Positions 46,894 to 57,136 of a DNA stretch of 64,000 nucleotides are shown one piece after another. The DNA comes from Candidatus Levyibacteriota bacterium (lineage in GTDB: Bacteria; Patescibacteriota; Microgenomatia; Levybacterales; UBA12049). Made by a program: the position numbers and the translations under genes. The stretch spans positions 129,985 to 193,984 of the forward strand of contig JAYRIM010000023.1 of the NCBI GenBank assembly GCA_041906785.1, in the 5' to 3' direction. The first letter of the stretch is position 1; every line of letters starts with the position of its first letter. The notes below the pieces were generated by a model that searched no databases, was not told where the DNA came from, and saw only the letters and a list, made by a program, of their open reading frames with translations.

Positions 46894-48646
46894 CCATTAC
46901 TATTCTCACATGAAAGCGTTTATTCATTATCTTAAAAAAAGTTCTTTTTTTCTGATTCTCGTTTTTACACTTCTTGGAGGCTTTTTTCGTTTTTATAATC
47001 TGAATTGGGGAGCACCATATTATTTTCATCCTGATGAAAGAAATATCATGGGATCAATAACACAATTGAGATTTCCAGATCAAATGAACCCAAACTTTTT
47101 TGCGTACGGATCGGTTCCTATTTATACGATCTATTTTCTCGGGGTATTCGTTAATGTAATTAACACCTGTGTAACCGGTTCTCTCTGCCCTGTCCTACCT
47201 CTTATTGCTGGACATTGGAATGAACCGTCGATTTGGAACAGTATAAATGCTGTATCATTCGAAAATGCAATTATAATTGCGAGAAGTATTTCTGCTCTTT
47301 TTTCAATTTTATTAATACCGTTGCTCTATATAATAGCGAAGAAAATCCACTCAAAAAAAGCTGGTATTTTAGCCGCTTTTTTTACATTTACAAGTATAGG
47401 CTTTATACAATTCGCTCATTTCGCAACCTTTGAAATGTGGTTGACATTTTTTAGCGTTATCTTAACCTGGTACGCAATAAAAGTAAGCGAGGAAAATAAA
47501 ATTCCAGATGTTCTTTTAATGGGGGTTGGCTTAGGAATTCTTATGGGTATAAAAGTATCAAGTCTTGCCATCATTCCTCTTCCTATCATTGCGATACTCT
47601 ATGGTTGTATAAAAGAAATTTCTTACTATCATGAAAAAAGGAATATATTAAAAACTCTTCTTTTATTTATTGTTTCTTCACTATCTGTATTAATGCTAGC
47701 AAGTATTATGTTTCTTATTACAAATCCTTTTTCCTTACTTGATACAAAAGCTTTCAAAGATAGTCTAACCTACGAAACGAATGTTGCAACTGGTTCATTG
47801 CCTGTTTTTTATACACAATCATTTTTTGATAGCACTCCAGTAATTTACCAATTTGAACATATTTACCCATTTCTGCTAAACCCTCTTACAACTATTTTAT
47901 TTTTCCCTTGCTTTACTTTCTTTTTTATAAAGATGAAATTCGAAAAGAAAGTTTCGTATCTTTTAATTCTTTGCATGTTTTTTCTTCTTTTTCTACCACA
48001 AGCTTTTTTATTTGTTAAATGGACCCGCTATATGCTACCAACGCTTCCATTTATATATCTGATCATTAGTACTATTCTCAGTGACATCATAGAACGTGCG
48101 CATAAAACAAGATTTCTTCCATATATACAGTTTACAAGCAGCCTGATTATCAGTGTGTCTCTTCTGTATGCCACAGCATATTTTCTAACTGTTTACTTTC
48201 AGGGAGATACAAGAATAAAAGCTGCTGAGTGGCTTCAACAAAATACAACAGCAAATCAAACTGCGATAAGTGAAACGTTTGATCCTGGTAGTATTGTTTT
48301 TACAAACGTTTTTTCAAAGAAAATTTTTTGTAATTTTTATGATTTAGAACATGAAGCTTTACCGTGTGAAGGACTTTCTGTATCAGAAGCTTTAGAACGA
48401 TCGACCTATATACTTCTCCCAAGTGAACGAATAATGCAGTCCCGTTTACATAATCCCAAACGCTTTACTAAAGGTTACAACTTTTACCATTCACTTTTAT
48501 CTGATAAAGCACACTACTATTTAGTATATAAAACACCATGCGATATTTTTTGTCGGATCACTTATTTTGGCGATCCTCTTTCTTTATATGAACAGACTGC
48601 ATTTGTCTTCGATAGACCTACTATATATATTTTTCAAAAGCTATAA
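46868..48646 (+). CDS. GT-C fold polytopic membrane glycosyltransferase-like protein (PMT_2/ArnT-like), paralog 1
   Basis: 592 aa with many TM helices. The first loop reads FFRFYNLNWGAPYYFHPDERN, the putative D-E catalytic loop, and is shared with the next gene. Confidence 0.55.
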   Translation: MLILLLKPDHYYSHMKAFIHYLKKSSFFLILVFTLLGGFFRFYNLNWGAPYYFHPDERNIMGSITQLRFPDQMNPNFFAYGSVPIYTIYFLGVFVNVINTCVTGSLCPVLPLIAGHWNEPSIWNSINAVSFENAIIIARSISALFSILLIPLLYIIAKKIHSKKAGILAAFFTFTSIGFIQFAHFATFEMWLTFFSVILTWYAIKVSEENKIPDVLLMGVGLGILMGIKVSSLAIIPLPIIAILYGCIKEISYYHEKRNILKTLLLFIVSSLSVLMLASIMFLITNPFSLLDTKAFKDSLTYETNVATGSLPVFYTQSFFDSTPVIYQFEHIYPFLLNPLTTILFFPCFTFFFIKMKFEKKVSYLLILCMFFLLFLPQAFLFVKWTRYMLPTLPFIYLIISTILSDIIERAHKTRFLPYIQFTSSLIISVSLLYATAYFLTVYFQGDTRIKAAEWLQQNTTANQTAISETFDPGSIVFTNVFSKKIFCNFYDLEHEALPCEGLSVSEALERSTYILLPSERIMQSRLHNPKRFTKGYNFYHSLLSDKAHYYLVYKTPCDIFCRITYFGDPLSLYEQTAFVFDRPTIYIFQKL

Positions 48647-48689
48647 ACAGTTGTCCCAACAGAGATGAGCTGATAATCTAGAAGTATCT

Positions 48690-50402
48690 ATGGAAAATAA
48701 ATTTCAAAAGATTTTATTTCAAAAAAGAATTGTTGAAAAAATACTTTTTTTTTCTATTCTTATTCTTGCTTGTTTTCTGCGGTATTTCAATTTGGACTGG
48801 GACCAAGGGCATCATCTCCATCCAGATGAAAGATTTTTAACGATGGTTGTAAATAAAATTCAATTACCTCATTCTCTTATAACATATCTTACAACTGAAA
48901 CCTCACCACTTAATCCTGCAAATAATGGGTATGATTTTTTTGTTTATGGCATGTTACCACTCACAATTGGAAAATTACTTGCGTTCTGGCTACATGCAGA
49001 TACATATAGTTCGTTTACAATACTTGGGCGTTTTTTATCTGCCACTTTTGATCTTTTAGCAATCTTTATGGTGTACAAGACCGTAAAACTATTTGAAGAA
49101 AAAGAACATCTGGCTAAAAGCGTTAAGTTCTATGCAATGTTTTTCTATACGATTGCTGTTCTGCCAATCCAGTTATCTCATTTTTACGCGAGTGATACCT
49201 TTCTAAATACGTTTGTCATAATTTCATTCTATTTCATACTGAAATTCCTTTATACAAGATCCTTTGCCTCACTTTTCCTAAGTGGTATTTTCTATGGTTT
49301 AGCGTTTTCAGCAAAGATAACCGCTTTATACGCTGCACCATTATTAGGATTGGTCATAGTATATGGAATATATATGTATAATATCTCAGTTAAAAATAAA
49401 AGAACGTTACATCTATTTTTTTATGCATTTGCAGTGTTTTCTACATTTGGTTTAACAACTTATTTTACGCTTCGCATGGCAGATCCATATATATTTGCCT
49501 CTAACAGTTTTTTTAATCCATTAATACATCCTAAGTTTTTTGAAAACTTACAATTGCTACAATCTTGGGAAGGATATGATACATGGTTTCCGCCCTCTAT
49601 CCAATGGATTAATAAACCGCCAATTATATTTGCATTGATGAATATTATTTTCTTTGGTCTAGGTCTACCATACTTTTTGTTCGTAATAATTGGTGTTAGA
49701 TCTCTTTTTAAGAAAAAACCTTTCATCTTTCTTATTATTTTGTTTTGGGTAAGCGGATTCTTTTTATATCAATCCACACGATTTACGAAAAATATGAGAT
49801 ATTTTATTATTCTTTATCCGTTTTTTGCTGTTTTTGCTGGAATAGGATTTTCTTGGTTTACACAAAATAAGAGAAATTTATTTCGTACTATTCTACTGTT
49901 TTTTGTCTTGTTATGGCCATTATCATTTTTTTCAATTTATTTACATCCTCATTCTCGAGTTACCGCATCTGAATGGATCTATAACAATCTACCTACGAAC
50001 AGTATAATCCTGAGTGAATACTGGGATGACGCCCTCCCTTTATCAATACCAAATCAAACTAAACAATTTACGATAGAAGAACTTCATGTTTTCGATCAAG
50101 ATACCCCTTCAAAATGGCAGGAACTAGAGAGACAATTGAATAGAGCTGACTATTACATTCTTTCATCTAACAGAGCGTGGGGCAGTATTCAAACTGTCCC
50201 AGATAAATATCCCCGCATGAGCGCGTTTTATAATGATTTGTTTGCGGGCAAAACACAGTACATGAAAATTCAAGATATTATGTCTTATCCATCTCTCCAG
50301 TATCTAGGTATTCCTTTGACATTTCTTGATGATTTTAGCGATGAATCATTTACGGTCTATGACCATCCCCGTATAATAATATTTAAAAATACGAAAAAAT
50401 AA
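48690..50402 (+). CDS. GT-C fold polytopic membrane glycosyltransferase-like protein, paralog 2
   Basis: 570 aa. FLRYFNLDWDQGHHLHPDERF is the same loop motif as in the upstream gene. Confidence 0.55.
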   Translation: MENKFQKILFQKRIVEKILFFSILILACFLRYFNLDWDQGHHLHPDERFLTMVVNKIQLPHSLITYLTTETSPLNPANNGYDFFVYGMLPLTIGKLLAFWLHADTYSSFTILGRFLSATFDLLAIFMVYKTVKLFEEKEHLAKSVKFYAMFFYTIAVLPIQLSHFYASDTFLNTFVIISFYFILKFLYTRSFASLFLSGIFYGLAFSAKITALYAAPLLGLVIVYGIYMYNISVKNKRTLHLFFYAFAVFSTFGLTTYFTLRMADPYIFASNSFFNPLIHPKFFENLQLLQSWEGYDTWFPPSIQWINKPPIIFALMNIIFFGLGLPYFLFVIIGVRSLFKKKPFIFLIILFWVSGFFLYQSTRFTKNMRYFIILYPFFAVFAGIGFSWFTQNKRNLFRTILLFFVLLWPLSFFSIYLHPHSRVTASEWIYNNLPTNSIILSEYWDDALPLSIPNQTKQFTIEELHVFDQDTPSKWQELERQLNRADYYILSSNRAWGSIQTVPDKYPRMSAFYNDLFAGKTQYMKIQDIMSYPSLQYLGIPLTFLDDFSDESFTVYDHPRIIIFKNTKK

Positions 50403-51617
50403 ATGAAAATTTCATATCGGGCATTACTATTAGCTTTTGTTATCTTATTGCATGTTAGTTTTTATATCTCTGCAATTTCTACAAAAACATATGATTATTT
50501 TTTCCCATGGGGTAATGTCCACGAGTGGCAAGGAATTGACTTTTTTTGTGTTCCAAATGGTGCATATGCATATCTTCGAGGAGGTTCGTTAACCGGAGAA
50601 TTAAAAGATCAACCAACATATACCTATGCAAATATTAATGTCTACCATCCTTTTTTTACTATAGTCTTTGGTTCGTTTTTTCAATTATTCCAACCTAAGA
50701 CAGCTATGCTCATTTGGCATGGCATAAAAGGTTTAATTACAATCGTTATATTTTTAGTATTTTATAGAAAGTACAAACACAATAAATATTTCTATCTCTC
50801 ATCATTCATTTATTTTTCCCTATTTCCTCAATATTTAGAAATCTGGAATGGACAATATCAATTTTTGGTAACGCTGGGTTTGTTCTTACTTTTCTTTTCA
50901 TCCAAGAAACATACAGATACATTTTCGAATGGCTTTTATTACTTTTTTACTTTACTCGTGAAACCAATCGGCTTATTATGGATTCCCGCATTTTTAGTCC
51001 ATAAACAATGGAAAATACTTTTAACAGGAATCTTTCTTTATATATGTTTCACTGCGTTATTTCTTATAGATTCTTCCGGATTGTATTTTGTTACTAATCT
51101 CCTTGAACGAATACAACATCCGATCGGAGGTCCGCCTGGTATTTTTACAATAGAATCGCTTCTTCGCTTTTACTTTCCACTATCGCTTGTAAGTGTCTTA
51201 ATGAAATACATGTTTCTGGGTATTTTACTTGGATTTCAGCTGAAGTGGAAGCCATCTCTTCTGCAATCTCTTTTTATCTGGACAGCGTATTATATGTTAT
51301 TTTACGATCTAGTTTTTGAATACCACTACACATCGCTCATTCCTTTTTTTATGTTCGGTTTAGTAACGAAAGAATTATTCCAAAAAAAACGTGACCAAAT
51401 TCTCCTCCTAACCTACTCCTTCCCAACACCATTTTTCCTTTTTCATTATTTCCAAGTATTTGCTCATGGTCATTATGTGACTGATACAGGTTGGACCATA
51501 TTAGTCCTGACACGAACAATTCCACTTTTTCTGCTTGTTGTCTTTTTTATAATAGACACTATTTTTAATAAAAAACAAGTACATGTAGGGGAGGAGAAAA
51601 AGGTTAAGAAAAACTAA
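50403..51617 (+). CDS. polytopic membrane protein (possible DUF2029/GT87-like glycosyltransferase)
   Basis: 404 aa with at least 9 hydrophobic helices; it sits in the glycosylation locus. Confidence 0.4.
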   Translation: MKISYRALLLAFVILLHVSFYISAISTKTYDYFFPWGNVHEWQGIDFFCVPNGAYAYLRGGSLTGELKDQPTYTYANINVYHPFFTIVFGSFFQLFQPKTAMLIWHGIKGLITIVIFLVFYRKYKHNKYFYLSSFIYFSLFPQYLEIWNGQYQFLVTLGLFLLFFSSKKHTDTFSNGFYYFFTLLVKPIGLLWIPAFLVHKQWKILLTGIFLYICFTALFLIDSSGLYFVTNLLERIQHPIGGPPGIFTIESLLRFYFPLSLVSVLMKYMFLGILLGFQLKWKPSLLQSLFIWTAYYMLFYDLVFEYHYTSLIPFFMFGLVTKELFQKKRDQILLLTYSFPTPFFLFHYFQVFAHGHYVTDTGWTILVLTRTIPLFLLVVFFIIDTIFNKKQVHVGEEKKVKKN

Positions 51618-52725
51618 CGAGAATTTTCCTATATTCTTCAATTGTTTTTTCTATTGAAAATATTCTTTGTACTAGCTGCTTTCTTTTCTTATAAATGTCT
51701 GGAAATTTTAAAACTTTATATATCTTATCTGCTAAATCATCACTGTCTTTTGGTCTAACAAGCTCTCCCATTTGAGTCATTCGGACGGTTGTATTAACTC
51801 CTGGTAAATTTGTCGCTATAACCGGACAGCCGCAAATCATTGCTTCTGCTTGTACCATACCAAATGCTTCTGTTTTATTAATAGAAGGCAATACTAATAG
51901 ATCGAGTGTTTCATATAAAGCACGTAGTTCTTCATCTGTTAAAACGCCTAGCATCTTATGCTTTATTTGTCCTTCTTGTAAAAGAGAAACTATCTTTTTT
52001 CTATAATTATCTTCTCCAACTGGTTGAGGACCAGCAAAAATTAACCGTACTGAATTTTTCACTTTTAACTTCTTTATAGCATAGAGAAGGTATTCTATGC
52101 CTTTCTCTTCCGCTATTCTACCCACAAAGCCTATCCATAACTCATCCTTCTTACTTTCGAGTAGTTTTCTTTTTTTTTCTTTATCTATCGAGATAGTAGG
52201 GATAGGAGGATTAACTTCTTTAATTTTTGAAAGGAAATACTTCGCTAATACTGATGTTTTCTTATATTCAGGTAACATAATAATCTGATCACTTAAGAGT
52301 AGCTGAATAAAAGCACTGATTGATACTATTTTCTCAATAAACCTTGCTGCAGGCTTCCTACCAAGTGATACTTCACAAAAAAACATGACTATAATTTTTT
52401 TATTCATAAGTTTTGCAAATAGAACAAGAGGTAACGCTTCCACATTAGGTAAAGTAACAAAGAGTATCTGTGTTTTTTTTAATTCTTGGAAAAAGGCAGG
52501 AATTGTATAGGGAGAAATAAATCCTTTACTCATTTTAAATAAAAACGGCATTCGTTTAACCGTTATATTTTTATATACCTCTTCATTAGATAACTCTTTC
52601 TTATACTGAAAAGTTAAAAGAGTAATCGTATTGTCAGATGCAAGTCTTGAGAATACTCGTTCAATATAGACTGTAATTCCAGAAATATATGGCAGAAAAT
52701 ACGATGAATATACTAAAATCTTCAT
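51604..52725 (-). CDS. GT4 family glycosyltransferase
   Basis: GT4 motif EAFGMVQAEAMICGCPVIATNLPGV. Confidence 0.8.
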   Translation of the reverse strand: MKILVYSSYFLPYISGITVYIERVFSRLASDNTITLLTFQYKKELSNEEVYKNITVKRMPFLFKMSKGFISPYTIPAFFQELKKTQILFVTLPNVEALPLVLFAKLMNKKIIVMFFCEVSLGRKPAARFIEKIVSISAFIQLLLSDQIIMLPEYKKTSVLAKYFLSKIKEVNPPIPTISIDKEKKRKLLESKKDELWIGFVGRIAEEKGIEYLLYAIKKLKVKNSVRLIFAGPQPVGEDNYRKKIVSLLQEGQIKHKMLGVLTDEELRALYETLDLLVLPSINKTEAFGMVQAEAMICGCPVIATNLPGVNTTVRMTQMGELVRPKDSDDLADKIYKVLKFPDIYKKRKQLVQRIFSIEKTIEEYRKILVSFS

Positions 52726-52726
52726 A

Positions 52727-53317
52727 TTGGCACGCTATAGCAATCTCTTTAGAAAGTTTGTTATGATAGTAACAATCATTATGCGCGTTGGGTTTGACCT
52801 AGATAATGTATTTATTAGTAACCCTCCAATTATACCTCATCGTATAGTTGAAAGATTATATAGGAAAAAAACGAACGGAGATTTGGAGTATAGGATGCCT
52901 AAGAGGTTTGAACAATATATTCGAAAAGCATCCCATGCTCCATTACTACGTCCTGCGATAAAAAATAACCTTTCCGTTCTGAGGTCTATTTCAAAAGATA
53001 AACACACTCTCTTTTTGATTTCAAGCCGATTCGGTTTTTTAAAACAAGCAACAAATAAAATTATTAAAAAGCACAAATTGGACCAGATTTTTTCTGAAAT
53101 GTATTTCAATTTCGATAATAAACAACCCCATTTGTTTAAAGAAGAAACAATAAAAAGATTAAGACTCGACACATTTATCGATGATGATTTACCTTTACTT
53201 AAGTTTCTTGCAAGTAGAAACAATGCTATAAAACTTTATTGGCTGAATAGAAAGATAGATAAAAAAATAAGTGCTAATATAACTGCTATTACTAAATTAG
53301 AACGCATTTTTGAGTAA
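52727..53317 (+). CDS. HAD-like hydrolase
   Basis: Motif I GFDLDNV near the N-terminus and DD near the C-terminus (FIDDDLP). Confidence 0.5.
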   Translation: MARYSNLFRKFVMIVTIIMRVGFDLDNVFISNPPIIPHRIVERLYRKKTNGDLEYRMPKRFEQYIRKASHAPLLRPAIKNNLSVLRSISKDKHTLFLISSRFGFLKQATNKIIKKHKLDQIFSEMYFNFDNKQPHLFKEETIKRLRLDTFIDDDLPLLKFLASRNNAIKLYWLNRKIDKKISANITAITKLERIFE

Positions 53318-55928
53318 CTCTATGAACACTTCCGATTTTATTTTTATTGTTCAATGGTGGGTGATACTTTTCGCCGCGGGTCTTGCTGTATTACCTCTAA
53401 CGATGAACATATTTCACTCGTTTCTCGATAAAGGATATGCCTTCTCTAAAATTCTAGGCATTATTTTTATTAGCTATATCGTGTTTATTTTAGGTGTAAT
53501 TAAAATCGTTCCTTTCTCGTCAGTTACTATTTATAGCGTGTCTATTCTATTATTAGCAGTCTCTTACATTACAGTACAAACTCACTGGAAAAAAGTTTTA
53601 ACACGCAGGATGGTATTACTGTTTTTACTCGAAGAATTACTTTTTTTCTTTGGCTTATGTATATGGTCATATATCAGAGGCTTTAACCCTGATATCTTCG
53701 GTTTAGAGAAATATATGGATTTTGGATTCGTAAATTCGATACTCAGATCTACCTATTTCCCGCCTATGGATATGTGGTATCCACCTTATCCAATTAACTA
53801 TTACTATTTTGGCCACTTGATTACTGCAGTGTTAACTAAAGCTTCTTCTATTCCTTCATTTATAACGTATAATCTTATGATAGCCACGCTTTTTGCTCTC
53901 TCGTTTATAGAATCATTTTCGATTGGTATAACATTATTAGCTCGATTAAAAAACCCTGTTTTAAGAGCTAGAAAAATTATTATTGGGGGAGTTCTTATCG
54001 CATCACTAGTGACACTAGGAGGTAATCTTCATGTGTTGTATGCATTTTTCAAACCATATGAAACAGATAAACCAAAACCGTTTTGGGAATTACCTCTTGC
54101 GCTCGATAACCCTTGTTATGGAAAAGATTCATATGAAAAACCAGTCGCTGACGGAACATTTGAAACAATCTACTGCAGCAATGAAGACAAGGTAAAAATC
54201 TCTTCTTTCCCAAATTCCTATTGGTATCCAAATGCCACACGCTTCATTCATAACACGATTCATGAATTTCCGATATATTCCTGGGTTGTAGCTGACCTTC
54301 ACGGACATGTGAGCGATATCCCCATAGTTCTTTTAACTATAGCGTTTATCTTCTCTATTCTCATTTCTTTTTTTGATCATGAATTAGACTTTGTAAAAGA
54401 TACTAAAAGAGAAAAAAGTAATATTTTTTCACCACTATTACGCTTAAAGAATTATATTTTCCTGGGTTTTCTTATAGGAGTAATGTTTATGACAAATGCG
54501 TGGGATGGATTAACGTATCTACTTTTAAGCGGATGTATGCTTCTTTATACACAATGGAAAAGAGTTCAACAGAACATAGACGAGAAAACGACTCATAATC
54601 CACTATTATTTTTTGTCCCAAAACATCATTTAAAATCTTTCCAACATTTTTTTCTAAAGAATCCGCTGAGAGATATATTTTTTGGCGTAGTAACATATCT
54701 TTGCATTATTGTTATTTCATTTTATATTTTTTCAAAACCATTTACGATCTTTTTTAATGCTTCGCAAATAGTTTCGGGTATTGGAGTTCTTAATGCCCCC
54801 TCTTTTTTATTAGAGAAAAAACATATAGATCCTGCACAGACAATGTACGGTTCTGATAAAAGACCATTTTTCTCTCAAATAGTTATTCCTGATCACTGTA
54901 GAACTTTGATGACACCTGAAGAAGAAAAACTCGTGACAACGCAATATGAAACGAGAAAAATTGGACCTTTTCTTTTTGAACCAGATCATTGTTTACGATC
55001 ACCATGGTGGCAACTTTTCGTTCTCTATGGTTTCTTTTATTTCTTCGTAATTGTCTTAACAGTATTTTTATACAGAAGAAAAAAACAAATACCCGATATT
55101 TTCATAGTACTCCTGATTATTACCTCTTCAGTGTTAATTATTACTCCTGAATTTATTTACATGAAGGATATCTACCCTGATCATTATCGTGCGAATACCA
55201 TGTTCAAACTAGTGTTCCAAGCATTTATTATGCTCTCAATAGTTTCTGGATATACTATCATTCGTGTTTTATCAAAAGATTTACTGAGTAAGAAATCACT
55301 CTCTAAAACAGTCGGAGGTATTTTCTTTATTCTTACAACATTGTTTTTACTATTCATGATATTTATGTACCCTTATTTTGCAGTCACGTCATACTATCCT
55401 GGTTTTAAAGATGACATAGATACCTATATATGTCGAATGCTTCCGTTCCTTCCTAAGGATAAGGCATCATGGTGCGCTTCTAGACAACTTAAATATCAAG
55501 GGTTAGATGGATTGCAATACCTAAAAAAAAGAAGTATTCAAGACGAAAATGATGATTATAAAGCGATTCTCTGGCTTAATCATATAAAAGGTCAGCCCGT
55601 AATTTTGGAATCTCAAGGAGATTCTTATACCGAACATGAACGGATATCGGCAAATACAGGTCTCCCTACAGTATTGGGATGGTTCGTACATGAATGGTTA
55701 TGGAGAGGTGAAGATGTGCCAAAACCCCGCTCAGAAGATGTAAAAAAAATCTATGAATCGGAAAATATTGATGAAACTCGAGATTTACTAAAACGATATA
55801 CAGTTGCATATGTAATTATAGGTGATTTAGAACGACAAAAATATCCAAACCTCATACAGGATAAGTTTAATCGTCTGGGAAGAGAAGTCTTTACTCAAGG
55901 TAAAACAAGTATATACGAAATATATTAA
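53310..55928 (+). CDS. Chlor_Arch_YYY-domain (DUF2298) large polytopic membrane protein
   Basis: 872 aa with many TM helices; the signature YPPYPINYYYFGHL (YYY motif) is present. Confidence 0.6.
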   Translation: MSNSMNTSDFIFIVQWWVILFAAGLAVLPLTMNIFHSFLDKGYAFSKILGIIFISYIVFILGVIKIVPFSSVTIYSVSILLLAVSYITVQTHWKKVLTRRMVLLFLLEELLFFFGLCIWSYIRGFNPDIFGLEKYMDFGFVNSILRSTYFPPMDMWYPPYPINYYYFGHLITAVLTKASSIPSFITYNLMIATLFALSFIESFSIGITLLARLKNPVLRARKIIIGGVLIASLVTLGGNLHVLYAFFKPYETDKPKPFWELPLALDNPCYGKDSYEKPVADGTFETIYCSNEDKVKISSFPNSYWYPNATRFIHNTIHEFPIYSWVVADLHGHVSDIPIVLLTIAFIFSILISFFDHELDFVKDTKREKSNIFSPLLRLKNYIFLGFLIGVMFMTNAWDGLTYLLLSGCMLLYTQWKRVQQNIDEKTTHNPLLFFVPKHHLKSFQHFFLKNPLRDIFFGVVTYLCIIVISFYIFSKPFTIFFNASQIVSGIGVLNAPSFLLEKKHIDPAQTMYGSDKRPFFSQIVIPDHCRTLMTPEEEKLVTTQYETRKIGPFLFEPDHCLRSPWWQLFVLYGFFYFFVIVLTVFLYRRKKQIPDIFIVLLIITSSVLIITPEFIYMKDIYPDHYRANTMFKLVFQAFIMLSIVSGYTIIRVLSKDLLSKKSLSKTVGGIFFILTTLFLLFMIFMYPYFAVTSYYPGFKDDIDTYICRMLPFLPKDKASWCASRQLKYQGLDGLQYLKKRSIQDENDDYKAILWLNHIKGQPVILESQGDSYTEHERISANTGLPTVLGWFVHEWLWRGEDVPKPRSEDVKKIYESENIDETRDLLKRYTVAYVIIGDLERQKYPNLIQDKFNRLGREVFTQGKTSIYEIY

Positions 55929-57049
55929 TGTTCAGGTGAAGGCGTAATACTGCATCCAGCTATTCCTTTTTTTACAAGACAAGAAACATATGTGTGTATT
56001 TCAGAATAATCATCACTTCCAGCTCGAGGAACAATAACCCACTGATAACCAAACTCTTCACTTGTTTTCGGATTTACAAGAAGACCAGGTGCTTCTGTAT
56101 CTTCATTACCAACATCTAATACTGTACTTTCTATATCTGCTTCTTTCATTTTTTCTGCCAATTTTACAAAGTCATCGTACTCTTCCTTCTTAATATCTGT
56201 ATCTATACTATCTTGAAGAATATCAACTAAACCAATAACCTTTATTGGATTTAAAACAGTACCTGTCGAAAATATCTTATCTTTAACTGCTCGAATTACT
56301 TTCTCTTGTCGTTGACTTCTTGCGAAATCCGTGCCTTCTGGTCCTAAGGCATGACGCGAGCGCACAAATTTGAGAGCAGTTTCTCCATCCATTTTTGTTA
56401 TTCCCTTTTGAAACGATAGATGTTCATATCGGCAAGGAAATGCTTCGAGTTGCGCCTCAGCTGTTGCCCGTTTTTGAAATTCTTCATCTTTAAATCCGCA
56501 GTCATCTTCTTCTTTCCCCGCAATAGGATATTCATAATCTTCAAATGATCGAGGAACATCTACATCAACACCGCCAACCAGATCGACAGCCTTTATAAAA
56601 CCAGTAAAATCAATTCGGAATCCATAATCTATATGTTGACCTAAAATTTCAGAAACTGTTTTTTTTGCCTCTTGAAGACCCCAACCTTTTTCTTTTGCTT
56701 CTGCATATGCGTAAGTTGTATTTATTTTCGCATGTAAACGAGTCACCCATAAATCTCTAGGCAGAGATACTAATAATGCTTTTTTCTTTTCTGGATCAAT
56801 GCTTGCCAAAATAATTGTGTCAGTAAGTAAAGGACCTTCGTGTTTTCCACCACCGATTCCAAGAAGTAAAATATTAATCCGTTGCTCCTTCGTTTTCTTT
56901 AACTCTATTTTCTTATTAAACGTATATTCATACACAGGCGTAACGAATTGAAAAAGCTGTATTAAGATATATCCTCCAATTATTAAAAAAATGCTAATAA
57001 GAAGAAGATAGACACGTTTCCTAACTTGTTTTTTTCGTTTCGTCGGCAT
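55925..57049 (-). CDS. LCP (LytR-CpsA-Psr) family protein
   Basis: TM anchor, then NILLLGIGGGKHEGPLLTDTIILASIDPEKKKALLVSLPRDLWV. Confidence 0.8.
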   Translation of the reverse strand: MPTKRKKQVRKRVYLLLISIFLIIGGYILIQLFQFVTPVYEYTFNKKIELKKTKEQRINILLLGIGGGKHEGPLLTDTIILASIDPEKKKALLVSLPRDLWVTRLHAKINTTYAYAEAKEKGWGLQEAKKTVSEILGQHIDYGFRIDFTGFIKAVDLVGGVDVDVPRSFEDYEYPIAGKEEDDCGFKDEEFQKRATAEAQLEAFPCRYEHLSFQKGITKMDGETALKFVRSRHALGPEGTDFARSQRQEKVIRAVKDKIFSTGTVLNPIKVIGLVDILQDSIDTDIKKEEYDDFVKLAEKMKEADIESTVLDVGNEDTEAPGLLVNPKTSEEFGYQWVIVPRAGSDDYSEIHTYVSCLVKKGIAGCSITPSPEH

Positions 57050-57136
57050 AGGAATATCTAGGAAAAACCCCAGGATTATGGGGACTTATATAAACAGAAT
57101 ACTGGTCTCTCCTTTCGCGGTATACATAGCTAAGCG

